27,078 bases of DNA from Capsulimonadales bacterium (GCA_033762295.1 JANRLW010000068.1:1-27078), one strand, 5' to 3'. Positions 1 to 9,351 are shown, counted from the stretch's first letter. A program made the numbers and translations. The notes: generated by a model not told the origin, from the sequence alone.

Positions 1-925
1 CCTTACGCACACCGACAAAGCGTGTCACTTCGCCCGAAAATCCGGTCTCCGTCGTCAGTTGGACATGGACGCCTACCCGGTTTTGCGGCCCATGCCCGAT
101 CGGCCACCAGAGCGGCGGGTTATCCTGATCCACCCGGACGGCGATATCGCTTCTGCCGGGAGGCAGAAGCGCCGTTTCCTCGGCAAAGAGACCGTCCGCA
201 TCCATATGGATTGTCGTGGTCACCGGACGATCGGTGGGATTCAGGACCGATGCCCGGGCGTGATAGGTAGCGGTTTGCAGATCGTCGCTGACGGTGGCAA
301 AGACCTTCCATTGCTCGACTATCGGCTGATCGCTCCATTCGAGTCGGACATCGCCCAGGATACCGACATTCAGAAGACGCTGCTGCCAGTCCCAGCCACG
401 CTGCCACTGGCCGCGTCGGTGCCAGTGGATCTTGGTCAGGCGTGCCTGAGGGGAGTCGCGATAGTCGATCCCCGGCTTTTCGGAAACGTCGAACAGGCCG
501 GCATCAATCAGAACGACCAGGACATTCTCGCCCTCCGGGCGAAGCCATTGCGTCACGTCGAAACGAGCGGGGCGATGGGCGTTGCTGTGCCGACCGATCT
601 CCTGACCGTTCAGGTAGATCACCGCATCCATTTCGAGACGCTCAAAGACGAGCCAGGACGGCGTTCCGGCGATATATTCCGGGGCCGGGGTGAAGGTTCG
701 CCGGTAGGCCCAGTAGCACTCCTCGACCCAGCGGGCTTTCAAGGAGTTTCGTCCGTAACGAGGATCGTCCAGCATGCCGGCGTCCATCAGCACCTGATGG
801 ATCGGCGCGGGAACCCGGGCCGGAAGGGTGAAGCGTCCGGGCAGGGTTTCGGCGGTGAGAAAACGGGGAAAATCGTCGTTGTGGGCGAGGCTCCAGGTGC
901 CGTTGAGCGAAAGCGTTCCTTGCAT
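1..925 (-). CDS. Glycoside hydrolase family 2 (beta-mannosidase-like), N-terminal part; runs off the left edge
   Basis: Not in the ORF track. Hand translation from ATG at 925 (SD AAAGGA upstream): MQGTLSLNGTWSL...ARVPAPIHQVLMDAGMLDDPRYGRNSLKARWVEECYWAYRRTF...DAVIYLNGQEIGRHSNAHRP...QWQRGWDWQQRLLNVGILGDVRL, typical of GH2 beta-mannosidase N-termini. Confidence 0.85.
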   Translation of the reverse strand, partial: MQGTLSLNGTWSLAHNDDFPRFLTAETLPGRFTLPARVPAPIHQVLMDAGMLDDPRYGRNSLKARWVEECYWAYRRTFTPAPEYIAGTPSWLVFERLEMDAVIYLNGQEIGRHSNAHRPARFDVTQWLRPEGENVLVVLIDAGLFDVSEKPGIDYRDSPQARLTKIHWHRRGQWQRGWDWQQRLLNVGILGDVRLEWSDQPIVEQWKVFATVSDDLQTATYHARASVLNPTDRPVTTTIHMDADGLFAEETALLPPGRSDIAVRVDQDNPPLWWPIGHGPQNRVGVHVQLTTETGFSGEVTRFVGVRK

Positions 926-980
926 GGGGTTCCTTTCGCCCGACGGCACCGATTCTCCTACCGTTGCCCGGAGCGGGCGT

Positions 981-1964
981 TCAGGGGACGCGTTCGCCCC
1001 GGGCCGCGACCCAGAGCTTATACCAGTCGGTACGGGAGAGGCGGATCTGCGCCGCGCCCGCCGCTTCGGCGATATGGTCCGGGTTATTGGAGCCGACCAG
1101 AGGAATGATCTGCGACGGATGGGCCAGCAGCCAGGCGGTGGCGACCTGCGTCGGGGTCGCGCTTCCGTACGCCTCGCCGACCTCCGTCAGCGCCGCCAGA
1201 ATCCGCTCGATCTGCGCCCTGCGCGGATGATCGTCGGGAACGGTTCGCTTGCCGGAGAGCCATCCGGCGCCGATCGGGCTATAGGCCAGCGGCGTGATGC
1301 CCAGTTCCAGGCACTGATCGAGGACGCCGTCGCCTGCGCTATCGACCGATCCCGCGCCGCCCGCCGCTCCCTCGTAGATCGGGTCGAGGCGCAGCAGGGA
1401 GATCGAAATCTGGTTGGAGACGATCGGCGACTTCAGGTACCGCTTCAGGGCGAGCGTCTGCTGCGGATAGTAGTTGGAGACGCCGATATACCGAACCAGA
1501 CCCTGCTCCACCAGTTCATCGAGAGCGGCGGCGGTCTCGGCCGGATGGGTCAGGGGGTCCGGGCGGTGCAGTTGATACAGATCGACATAGTCGATGCCCA
1601 TCCGGTCGAGGGAGCCACGGATCGATTTCCGGATATGGTCGGCCGAGTGGTCGTAGTAGCCGGAACGGATGCCGACCTTGGTGGCAATGAAGATGCGCTC
1701 ACGGCTGCCGGGAACCGCGGCCAGACAGTCCTTGAAGATCGATTCGCAGGCGGTGCCGCCGTAGATATCGGCGTGATCGTAGAACGTGATGCCGTTGGCC
1801 AGGGCGGCCTCGAAGGCGGCGATCGCTTTTCGGCGGTGTTCTGCGCCGACATCGGCCGGGTTCCAGGTGCCGGCAAGACCCATGCAGCCGAGACCGATCC
1901 GGGACACCAGGAGGTTGTCGGGACCGAACGGCTGCATCAACATGGGAGAGGGGGTGTCGTTCAT
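981..1964 (-). CDS. Aldo/keto reductase
   Basis: SRIGLGCM, FYDHADIYG, IATKVG, SLDRMGIDYVDLYQLHRPD, IGVSN, AYSPIG motifs; start chosen at MNDTP with SD GAGGAG. Confidence 0.92.
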   Translation of the reverse strand: MNDTPSPMLMQPFGPDNLLVSRIGLGCMGLAGTWNPADVGAEHRRKAIAAFEAALANGITFYDHADIYGGTACESIFKDCLAAVPGSRERIFIATKVGIRSGYYDHSADHIRKSIRGSLDRMGIDYVDLYQLHRPDPLTHPAETAAALDELVEQGLVRYIGVSNYYPQQTLALKRYLKSPIVSNQISISLLRLDPIYEGAAGGAGSVDSAGDGVLDQCLELGITPLAYSPIGAGWLSGKRTVPDDHPRRAQIERILAALTEVGEAYGSATPTQVATAWLLAHPSQIIPLVGSNNPDHIAEAAGAAQIRLSRTDWYKLWVAARGERVP

Positions 1965-1974
1965 CGTTATCTCC

Positions 1975-3078
1975 TCAGGCGGCCAACGGCAGGTCGATGC
2001 GCTTGCCGGTGCGCGCGGATTCATAGACGGCGAGGATCACTTCCAGGGCGTTCCGCGCCTCCTGGCCGTTCATAAAGGTATCCCGATCCTCGCGAATCGC
2101 GCCCATCAGGTCGCGAAGGTGTTCGACATGTCCGTTGAGGGAGATGGCGGTGGGGTCGGCCGCGCCGTGCGTCTGCTCGCCGGATTCGGCGGACACCGCT
2201 CCCTGGTAGACGAAGTTTTCGACTTCCGGCGGAGCCGCCTTGACATTGAACATGCCGCGTTCCTCGGTTCCACCCTGGAACTGGGCATGACGAACGCGAT
2301 TATTCTCGACGATGATCGTGCCGCCGGTGCCATAGACTTCAATCGACTGTTTGTAGCCGGGGTACATGGCGGTGGACGCGATCAGAGTCCCGACCGCTCC
2401 GTTTTCGAACTCGATGGTCGCGCTGACGACGTCCTCGACCTCGATCCGTTCGTGGGCGCGGGTGGCCATCGTCGCGGCGACCGACTTCGGCTTGCCCATC
2501 GTCCAGACGAGCTGGTCGACGAGATGAACGCCCTGGTTCATCAGCGCGCCGCCGCCGTCGAGCGCCCAGGTGCCGCGCCACCCCCCCGAATCATAGTACT
2601 GCTGCGTCCGATACCATTTGGTCGTTGATTCGCCGTAGCAGAGGGCTCCCAGGCGTCCGGCGTCCAGCTGGGCTTTCAGGTACTGCATCCCGGACGAGTA
2701 ACGGATCTGGGAGATAACGACCAGTTTGGTGCGATTGGTCCGGCAGGCGTCGATCAGGGCGTCGGCGGCTTTCAGGGAGACATCGATCGGCTTTTCGCAG
2801 ACGATATGCTTTCCGGCGTTCGCCCCCAGGATGCCGGCGGCGGCGTGGAGGCCGGACGGAGTACAGACGTTCAGGACATCGAAGTCGGCTTCCTTCAACA
2901 TGGTTTCAAGATCCGTGAAGGCGGCGACCCCGTGTTTCTGCGCGGTTGTCTCGGCGCGTTCGGGCACTTCGTCGCAGACGGCGACCAGTTCCGCCTCGTC
3001 CGGCATCTTTTTGATCGCATCGATATGGGTTCCGTGAATGACGCCGCATCCGACGATGGCGAAGCGAAATTTGGACAT
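1975..3078 (-). CDS. Gfo/Idh/MocA family NAD(P)-dependent oxidoreductase
   Basis: IVGCGVI Rossmann motif, VCTPSGLH, HIVCEKP, WRGTWALDGGGALMNQGVH. Confidence 0.93.
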   Translation of the reverse strand: MSKFRFAIVGCGVIHGTHIDAIKKMPDEAELVAVCDEVPERAETTAQKHGVAAFTDLETMLKEADFDVLNVCTPSGLHAAAGILGANAGKHIVCEKPIDVSLKAADALIDACRTNRTKLVVISQIRYSSGMQYLKAQLDAGRLGALCYGESTTKWYRTQQYYDSGGWRGTWALDGGGALMNQGVHLVDQLVWTMGKPKSVAATMATRAHERIEVEDVVSATIEFENGAVGTLIASTAMYPGYKQSIEVYGTGGTIIVENNRVRHAQFQGGTEERGMFNVKAAPPEVENFVYQGAVSAESGEQTHGAADPTAISLNGHVEHLRDLMGAIREDRDTFMNGQEARNALEVILAVYESARTGKRIDLPLAA

Positions 3079-3322
3079 TGAGCAGTCTCTCCCTGTGGTT
3101 TTTGCACCTTAAATTTGCCCACGAAAGGCACGCATTCCTGTTGGGCGCAACCTACAAACGGCCGGTCATTTTGCCGATAACAGAACGTACCGTGTGCAAA
3201 TTCTGTGTTCCGCCGGTTCGGACCTGCGTTACTGTGTCAGGAGAGGACACACCCGGCACCACCTCCGTTCCGGATTTCAAAGAAAAAGTTAAGCGGCGGC
3301 GCGCGGACGAAAGGAAGAGCGG

Positions 3323-4888
3323 ATGCTAATGCGACATTATGGTGTCATCGTTGCGGCGACTGTGCCGGCGATCGTGTTGTCGGGATGCGGAGCGAAATCG
3401 AAACCGGATACGCAATATCGCGGTTCTTACCGGGCCGCCTACACGATCCCCGCCGTCAACGAAGCGGGGACCTTTACGTTTACCGTCGAACAGAAGGGCG
3501 GTATGACCGGCTCCTTCATTGACAATAACTCCGGGAAGATCTACGCTTTCAACGGAGAAGTGGCGACCAGCGGCTACTTCAGCGGAACGCTGAAGAACGG
3601 TCCCGACAGTTTCCGGATCGAGGGAACGCTGAATATCTCCGGTCCGACGACGGGCGGCGGCGACTTCAAGCAGACCCGCAGCAATCAGGAATACCGGGGA
3701 AGCTTCTCGCTGACGGATACCGTGATCACGCCGACCCCCGGCAGCTCCTACCGTGGTCCCTACAGCGGCAGCTATAACATCCCCGGCCTGGGCGAAACCG
3801 GCACCCTCAGCTTCTCGGTCAACTCCCGTGGCGATATCAACGGTTCCTGGACCCGTGAAAACGAGACCGCACTGTTCACCGGCACGGTGCAGGAGTCGGG
3901 TGCGTTCGCCGGAACCATCGCCTTCGCCACGGAAAACCTGGCAATCTCCGGTACCCTCAACCGGACGACCAATGCCACGACCTCCGGAAACTTCCAACTG
4001 GTACAGGGCGGAAAGTCGTTCCCCGGCACCTTCGGCTCGACCGACACCGCGCCGGCGGGGGATAGCCCGTTCCAGGGAGCGTACCGCGGCACCTACTCGG
4101 TGCCCGAAAGCCAGGAGAACGGCAACCTCAGCTTCACGGTCGATCCGCGCGGAAAACTGACCGGTTTCTTCAGCCAGTCGTCCAACAAGCCGGTCGGCAC
4201 CTTTACCGGCGCATTCAATAACGACGGAACGTTCGTCGGCAACGTCACCTACGATCCGTCGACCAACCTCGCAGCCCGCCCTATCACCGGCAAACTGCAG
4301 ACGTCGGAACTCAACGGTTTGAAAGCCGGAGATTTTGTGTGGACGATCGACGGCAAGAACTACCCGGGTAACTTCGAAGTGGGGATCGGCGCTTCCGAGC
4401 CGGACAGCATCTATCGTGGCGCGTACGGCGGACCGAATATCAGCAACGGTATCTCGTTCTCCTCCACTTCCGGCGCGACCGGCACCCGCCTGGACAACCC
4501 GGAACTGGCCGGCGACGCCGACTCGCTGGTTCTGGACGCCAACAACAACGCCCGCGTCACGGGGACCGTCACGACCCTCACGTTTACGATCGACAAACAG
4601 GGCCGCCTCGTCGGAACTCTGGGCGGCTATCCGCTCGATGTTCGGGTCACCAATGACGGCCGCGTCTTCGGAACGTACGACGGCTTCCCGGTTCGCGGAA
4701 ACATTTCCCGCCAGTTGATCCGGGTACTGTTGTCCTTCGATATCGATACGGAAAAGCGCAAGATCACCTACTCCTACGGAGACAAGGACGGCATCGCGGG
4801 TGACCTGATCGTGACGATCAACGGCCGCGAGTTCCCGGCATCCATCGCCGGAGTCGGCGGAAACCCCGAGGGAGCCAGTCCGCGCTAA
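3323..4888 (+). CDS. Lipoprotein of unknown function with four ~105-aa Gly/Thr/aromatic beta-rich repeats
   Basis: Signal peptide with lipobox IVLSG-C; repeats begin YRGSY, YRGPY, FQGAY, YRGAY; SD AAAGGA; terminator downstream. Confidence 0.85.
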   Translation: MLMRHYGVIVAATVPAIVLSGCGAKSKPDTQYRGSYRAAYTIPAVNEAGTFTFTVEQKGGMTGSFIDNNSGKIYAFNGEVATSGYFSGTLKNGPDSFRIEGTLNISGPTTGGGDFKQTRSNQEYRGSFSLTDTVITPTPGSSYRGPYSGSYNIPGLGETGTLSFSVNSRGDINGSWTRENETALFTGTVQESGAFAGTIAFATENLAISGTLNRTTNATTSGNFQLVQGGKSFPGTFGSTDTAPAGDSPFQGAYRGTYSVPESQENGNLSFTVDPRGKLTGFFSQSSNKPVGTFTGAFNNDGTFVGNVTYDPSTNLAARPITGKLQTSELNGLKAGDFVWTIDGKNYPGNFEVGIGASEPDSIYRGAYGGPNISNGISFSSTSGATGTRLDNPELAGDADSLVLDANNNARVTGTVTTLTFTIDKQGRLVGTLGGYPLDVRVTNDGRVFGTYDGFPVRGNISRQLIRVLLSFDIDTEKRKITYSYGDKDGIAGDLIVTINGREFPASIAGVGGNPEGASPR

Positions 4889-4908
4889 ACGCTCTCTGTC
4901 GTAATCGG

Positions 4909-4941
4909 AAAGACCGTGGAGGCGACTCCACGGTCTTTTTT
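4909..4941 (+). terminator. Intrinsic terminator, probably bidirectional
   Basis: AAAGACCGTGGAG-gcga-CTCCACGGTCTTT followed by more T, between convergent genes ending at 4888 and 4944. Confidence 0.85.
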
Positions 4942-4943
4942 CG

Positions 4944-5792
4944 TCAATCCCAGAGATCGAGACCGAGGAGTTTGCGCCCCAGAGGGGTCAACTCCGCGGT
5001 GGTCCCGTGCAGTTCCTCCTGGCGGCGCGGGTCTCCCGGCGCCCACGGCGCATTCGGCGGCAGTCGCTCCCGCCAGCGTCGGATGCGGTCGTCCCGATGA
5101 CTGCCCCATTCCGCGCCGGAACCTGCCGGAAACATGGAGATATATTGCGCCAGACGGGGACGGTCCGACAGGTTCCGCCCGTTGCCGTGGTAGAGAAGGT
5201 TGTTCCAGATCACCAGGTCCCCGGTATTTCCGTAGATCGGAAGGATCGGGACGCCGGACATGTCGGGACGCTCCTTCGAACCCGGCTCGATATTCTTCGC
5301 CCATTCCCGCACGATCTTATGGTGCCCGGGAGCGCATTGAAAACCGCCCATGTTCTCGCCGGTGTCCGCCAGATACAGGACGCCCTGGACCCGGAGGGGG
5401 CCGTGCGCGGCGCGTGTGATGTCGGCATCCCAGTGCATGAAGCCTTTGTGATCGTATTGCGGGCGGTCATCCCGGAACGGCGGTTTCAGGTTCACCCGGT
5501 CGATGGTGACCCAGAGTTTTTCCGTGCCCAGCAGGTCGGCGAACACGGAGTGAAGTTTCGGATTCTGCCGGTTGTTCCACATCGCCGGATGCTGATACAT
5601 CTCGATCATGCCGCCCGGAGTGAGCGGGGGGCGGTACCAGTCTTCGGGGTTATTCCGATCCATCCCGAGGTTGTCGAAAAGGGCGTCGATGACCGCGTCG
5701 CAATCCGCCTTCGGAATGACGTTCGGGACGCGCAGGTAACCGTTTTCTTCAAAGGAACGGAGGTCGTCCTCCGTCAGTACGCGCAGGGACAT
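4944..5792 (-). CDS. Phytanoyl-CoA dioxygenase (PhyH) family Fe(II)/2OG oxygenase
   Basis: FEENGYL start, HWD...H facial triad (MHWDAD; LYHGNGRN), GDLVIWN, PRLAQY; SD AAGGAG. Confidence 0.9.
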   Translation of the reverse strand: MSLRVLTEDDLRSFEENGYLRVPNVIPKADCDAVIDALFDNLGMDRNNPEDWYRPPLTPGGMIEMYQHPAMWNNRQNPKLHSVFADLLGTEKLWVTIDRVNLKPPFRDDRPQYDHKGFMHWDADITRAAHGPLRVQGVLYLADTGENMGGFQCAPGHHKIVREWAKNIEPGSKERPDMSGVPILPIYGNTGDLVIWNNLLYHGNGRNLSDRPRLAQYISMFPAGSGAEWGSHRDDRIRRWRERLPPNAPWAPGDPRRQEELHGTTAELTPLGRKLLGLDLWD

Positions 5793-5877
5793 AGGGACTC
5801 CTTACGATCGATCGTGATCCTGATCCTGTTCGTGATGCCTTAGTGTATGCGGTGAAGGACCGTTTTCCCTTCCCGAA

Positions 5878-6996
5878 TCAAAATCCGCGCCCCCCGGTCA
5901 GCCACGAGTAGACCGGCGGAAGGAAGGATCGAATCGTCGCCCCGATCGCCATGCAGAGAAGAGTCGTCAGCAGCGGATAGGTGACATACACCGTCAACGG
6001 GTCGGTGTTCCACTGCCGCAACGCAAAATTAGACAGGTGGTTCAGCAGCGGCTCGTGCGCAAAATAGATGAATGTCGAGAAAGGAGCGGCGGACTGAGCG
6101 AAGGATGTTTCGCCGAAAGCCTCCCCGAAGAGGTCGTAACCGAACCAGACGGTGGCGACGCCGAAGAGGATCGCGGTTTTATGGAGCAGAATCAGGGGTA
6201 GCGGCGCGGTCGACGAATAGACCAGCAGTGTTTTGGCGGTCAGGACCCCTAGCCAGAGAACCAGTGTCACCGGCGGAAGCCAGCGCGGCGAACCGACCGG
6301 CATCGGCTTCCGGTGAATCGCGAAATAGGAACCGAGGAGGAAAAAGAGAAGCCCCTCACCCTCCAGGATGACGAAGTTGGCATGGACGAACCAGAGCAGG
6401 CCGACGGGTAACAGCAGCCATGCGCCCAGGTACCGCAGGCCAAGGTAAAGCAGCGGGCTGAGGACGGCGTAGAGCAGAAGGTCACGGACGAACCAGAGCT
6501 GGAACGGCACCGGATTGATCACCCAGCGAAAGAACAGCAGATCGAATCGGACATCGGGTGGAAACAGGTCCCAGGTATCGACCGCAGGTCGCGTCATCTC
6601 GTTCCGCTGAAGGAACCAGACAAGGGCGAGGCCGATGGTCGACCAGAGAAAATACGGGATTGCGAGGCTCCGAAGCCGCTTCCCGAACTGATCCGCGAAC
6701 CAGAGAAGGTCCGGTTCGAACTTGCGGAAGAACAGAAAACCGGAAATCGCAAAGAAGATCGGAACGGCGAATCGGGTCAGCCCGTTGCTGACGAACATCT
6801 GGATGAAGGCGGTCGCGGTCAGCGGATCGGTCGACAAAGTCCAGGGAAGAAGGTAACGGTCCGTAAGGTTGTAGGCATGAACATAGACGACGGCGACGAT
6901 CGAGACGAAGGAGAGCAGACGAAACTTGGCACTGAGGTACGGGGTCACGAACGGGGTTACCTGCCTTCCGGGTTCGGCATTTCTACCGTCTTCCAC
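5878..6996 (-). CDS. Acyltransferase family 3 (OafA/NolL-like) integral membrane protein
   Basis: Multiple TM segments; VVYVH, AVPIFFAISGFLF, KRLRSLAIPY, LWFVRDL, FIYFAHEP motifs; start codon uncertain. Confidence 0.88.
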   Translation of the reverse strand: MEDGRNAEPGRQVTPFVTPYLSAKFRLLSFVSIVAVVYVHAYNLTDRYLLPWTLSTDPLTATAFIQMFVSNGLTRFAVPIFFAISGFLFFRKFEPDLLWFADQFGKRLRSLAIPYFLWSTIGLALVWFLQRNEMTRPAVDTWDLFPPDVRFDLLFFRWVINPVPFQLWFVRDLLLYAVLSPLLYLGLRYLGAWLLLPVGLLWFVHANFVILEGEGLLFFLLGSYFAIHRKPMPVGSPRWLPPVTLVLWLGVLTAKTLLVYSSTAPLPLILLHKTAILFGVATVWFGYDLFGEAFGETSFAQSAAPFSTFIYFAHEPLLNHLSNFALRQWNTDPLTVYVTYPLLTTLLCMAIGATIRSFLPPVYSWLTGGRGF

Positions 6997-7023
6997 CGAT
7001 CCGACACCGGAACGGTGATCCGG

Positions 7024-7731
7024 TTACGCCGGTTGTCCGTGGCCGGGCAGCAGAACGTAACGCAGTACGAACGCCATATGGAACATGCTGCCCGCCAGAA
7101 CGAAAAAATGCCAGAGGTCGTGGGCCGAGAAGCGGCCGGGAAGGAGATGGGGACGGTCCGTAGCGAAAACGACCGCCCCAAGAGAATAGGCGATGCCTCC
7201 GGCGACCAGCCAGGCCAGTCCGGTGGGCGGAAGCGCGCGAAAGAGAGCGTTCGCACCCAGCACGACCATCCATCCCATGATCAGGTAAATACTCAGGCGA
7301 ATGCCGTCATGAACGACGTTATGTCGACCGGGCGTATCCCGCCTCCGCACGGCGACGACAATCCCCGTGATCGCCAGGGTGATCTCCCCGGCGAGCAGAC
7401 TCCACCCGACGCGCCCGTGCAGGGTGACGAGACAAACCGGGACATAGGTGCCGACGATCAGGAGGAAGATGGCGACATGGTCAAACTTTTCCAGACGCCG
7501 GAGCAATGTCGCGGAACCCCGGACCCCGTGAAGAAGGGTGCTGGCAAGATAGAGAAGGATCAGCGCCCCGCCGAAGGCCAGAGCGCCGATCGTGTGCGGC
7601 AGACGACCGTTCGCGGCGACCAGCAAAAAGGGCAACATGACGATCGCGAGGATCAGGCCGGCGAGGTGCGACGCGGTACTGACGGGTTCGCGGAAGAATC
7701 GGCGGATCAAAATGTCCGTGGTAGCTGACAT
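7024..7731 (-). CDS. Hemolysin III / PAQR family membrane protein (YqfA-like)
   Basis: C-terminal part of ORF 7024..8859: EPVSTASH, ASTLLH, FDHVAIFLLIVGTY, HDLWHFFV; start set at MSATT. Confidence 0.9.
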   Translation of the reverse strand: MSATTDILIRRFFREPVSTASHLAGLILAIVMLPFLLVAANGRLPHTIGALAFGGALILLYLASTLLHGVRGSATLLRRLEKFDHVAIFLLIVGTYVPVCLVTLHGRVGWSLLAGEITLAITGIVVAVRRRDTPGRHNVVHDGIRLSIYLIMGWMVVLGANALFRALPPTGLAWLVAGGIAYSLGAVVFATDRPHLLPGRFSAHDLWHFFVLAGSMFHMAFVLRYVLLPGHGQPA

Positions 7732-7773
7732 GAAAAAGGTGATCGATCGGTAGCGGAGAATCTGGTAATGGTG

Positions 7774-7779
7774 ATTATA
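7774..7779 (-). promoter_or_regulatory. Putative sigma70 -10 box for the hemolysin III gene
   Basis: Perfect TATAAT on the minus strand, 42 nt upstream of the start, in a divergent intergenic gap. Confidence 0.5.
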
Positions 7780-7821
7780 CCTCTCGCAGCCCTTCAGGGT
7801 TCCGAGAAACGGAGGTGCAAG

Positions 7822-8814
7822 TTGGTCAAGGCCGCCATTCTGGCTCCGGTCGCGACGGTGGAGCGCGTCTACACGCCCGAACATCGACAGCGGATCGCCT
7901 CGCGATGCGATCTGTTTCCGCAGATCATCGCTCCGGATCGAATGAACGAATACCTGACGGCGATCGGGGAGACGGAGGTAATTTTCTCCACCTGGGGCAT
8001 GCCGAGACTGACCCCGTCGCAACTGGATGCCCTGACGAAATTGCGGGTGGTGTTCTACGCGGCGGGATCGGTCCAGGGGTTCGCGCCGTCGTTGCTGGAG
8101 CGAGGGATAACGGTGGTCAGCGCATGGCATGCGAACGCCGTCCCGGTGTCCGAGTTCGTGCTGTCCCAGATCCTGCTGGCCGGGAAGGGGTATTTCCGAA
8201 ACCTGCGCGAGTATACGGGGGCGCCGGGGAGCTTTCCGGCGGCGTATCGCGGTCCGGGCAACCACCATACCACGGTCGCCCTGCTCGGCTATGGCGCGGT
8301 CGGACGCGCAGTGCGGGCGTTGTTGCGGCCTTTTCGCCTGTCCGTTCTGGTGTACGATCCGTTTCTCGACCCGGCCGTGGCCGTCGAACACGACGTGGAA
8401 CCGGTAACGATCGAGGCGGCATTCGAACGGTCCGTCGTCGTTTCCAACCATCTGGCGGATAAGCCGGAGATCGCCGGGAGAATCCGTGCCGACCTGTTGC
8501 GGCGACTCCCGAACGGAGGCGTGTTCATCAATTCGGGCCGGGGGCGGACGGTTTCGGAATCGGACCTGGCGGAGGTGATGGCGGAGCGACCGGACCTGAC
8601 GGCCCTGCTGGATGTTACACATCCCGAACCGGCCGCGCCGGATTCGCCGTTGCACCGCCTGCCGAACGTTCTCATTTCCACCCATATCGCCGGACCGATC
8701 GGCGCGGAATGCGGACTGCTCGCCGATCTCTGCGTGGAGGAGTTCGACCGGTACCTTGTCGGTGAACCGTTGCGACACCGGGTGACCGCGGAGATGCTGC
8801 CGCGCCTGGCCTGA
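7822..8814 (+). CDS. D-isomer-specific 2-hydroxyacid dehydrogenase family protein
   Basis: AAGSV, NAVPVSE, LLGYGAVG, FINSGRG, LDVTHPEP, STHIAG; TTG start at 7822 after SD GGAGGT. Confidence 0.9.
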   Translation: MVKAAILAPVATVERVYTPEHRQRIASRCDLFPQIIAPDRMNEYLTAIGETEVIFSTWGMPRLTPSQLDALTKLRVVFYAAGSVQGFAPSLLERGITVVSAWHANAVPVSEFVLSQILLAGKGYFRNLREYTGAPGSFPAAYRGPGNHHTTVALLGYGAVGRAVRALLRPFRLSVLVYDPFLDPAVAVEHDVEPVTIEAAFERSVVVSNHLADKPEIAGRIRADLLRRLPNGGVFINSGRGRTVSESDLAEVMAERPDLTALLDVTHPEPAAPDSPLHRLPNVLISTHIAGPIGAECGLLADLCVEEFDRYLVGEPLRHRVTAEMLPRLA

Positions 8815-8894
8815 GAAGGGCGCGAAAAACCTGGTGAAAAATCCTGTGAGAGATGGCACAACGATGAAGGGAGTTCGATGGGATTCCCTCTATA

Positions 8895-8903
8895 TGGTAT
8901 AAT
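8895..8903 (+). promoter_or_regulatory. Extended -10 promoter of ssrA
   Basis: TGGTATAAT (TGn-TATAAT) 23 nt upstream of the mature tmRNA 5' end. Confidence 0.7.
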
Positions 8904-8926
8904 GGAAAAGTCTCGGACGGTATCTC

Positions 8927-9299
8927 GGGGGCGATTGGAGTAGACGGGGTACAGGGGGGACAGGTTGCGAGCCGAGGAGCCGTGGGCCTCGTAAAAAGCG
9001 GCAAAACACAAACGCGAACAACAACTTCGCTACTGCGCGCAACAACTCGTTTGCGCTGGCTGCCTAATTAACCGTTAGGTAAGCCCCGGCCCGAAGGACG
9101 TGCGGTACGCGCCTTCGTCGCCTAAACCAACTCCGCTACCGATGCGGGATGGCTATAACGTCATCGGGAAACCAATAACCTGACCGTAACGCGAGCCTGC
9201 CGATGGGCATGCGGTACGGGACATCTTAAATGTCGGCTACGCTCGTAGATGCTTGTTCTTTACTGACTTCGGACCGGGGTTCGAGTCCCCGCGCCTCCA
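8927..9299 (+). ncRNA. ssrA: Transfer-messenger RNA (tmRNA); tag reading frame 9014-9067 encodes ANNNFATARNNSFALAA*
   Basis: 5' GGGGGCG pairs with 3' CGCCTCC-A including the G3:U wobble of Ala acceptors; T-arm CGGGGTTCGAGTCCCCG; tag ends in ALAA then TAA. Confidence 0.96.
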
Positions 9300-9317
9300 C
9301 TGATTTGAACGGTTTTC

Positions 9318-9351
9318 GGGCGGTGCAGCGATGGACCGCCCCTCCGGTTTT
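9318..9351 (+). terminator. Possible terminator or stem-loop downstream of ssrA
   Basis: GGGCGGT...ACCGCCC stem, but the T-tract is weak and displaced. Confidence 0.35.

Noticed and set aside
59..2628. Long plus-strand ORFs 59..1108, 828..2075 and 1786..2628
   Set aside because: Antisense shadows of GH2, AKR and Gfo/Idh/MocA; no motifs; typical of high-GC coding DNA
3111..3180. GAAA...GGGCGCAA resembling a c-di-GMP-I riboswitch
   Set aside because: Lacks the 5' GGCAAA and a proper P2/P3 architecture; cmscan would settle it
7732..8859. 375-aa N-terminal extension of the hemolysin III ORF
   Set aside because: It is the antisense of the hydroxyacid dehydrogenase; a TATAAT and an ATG at 7731 give a normal-length protein
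8927..9299. tRNA-Ala call, and the short ORFs 9226..9486 and 9230..9469
   Set aside because: The acceptor and T-arm belong to tmRNA (373 nt with a tag ORF); the ORFs are spurious overlaps
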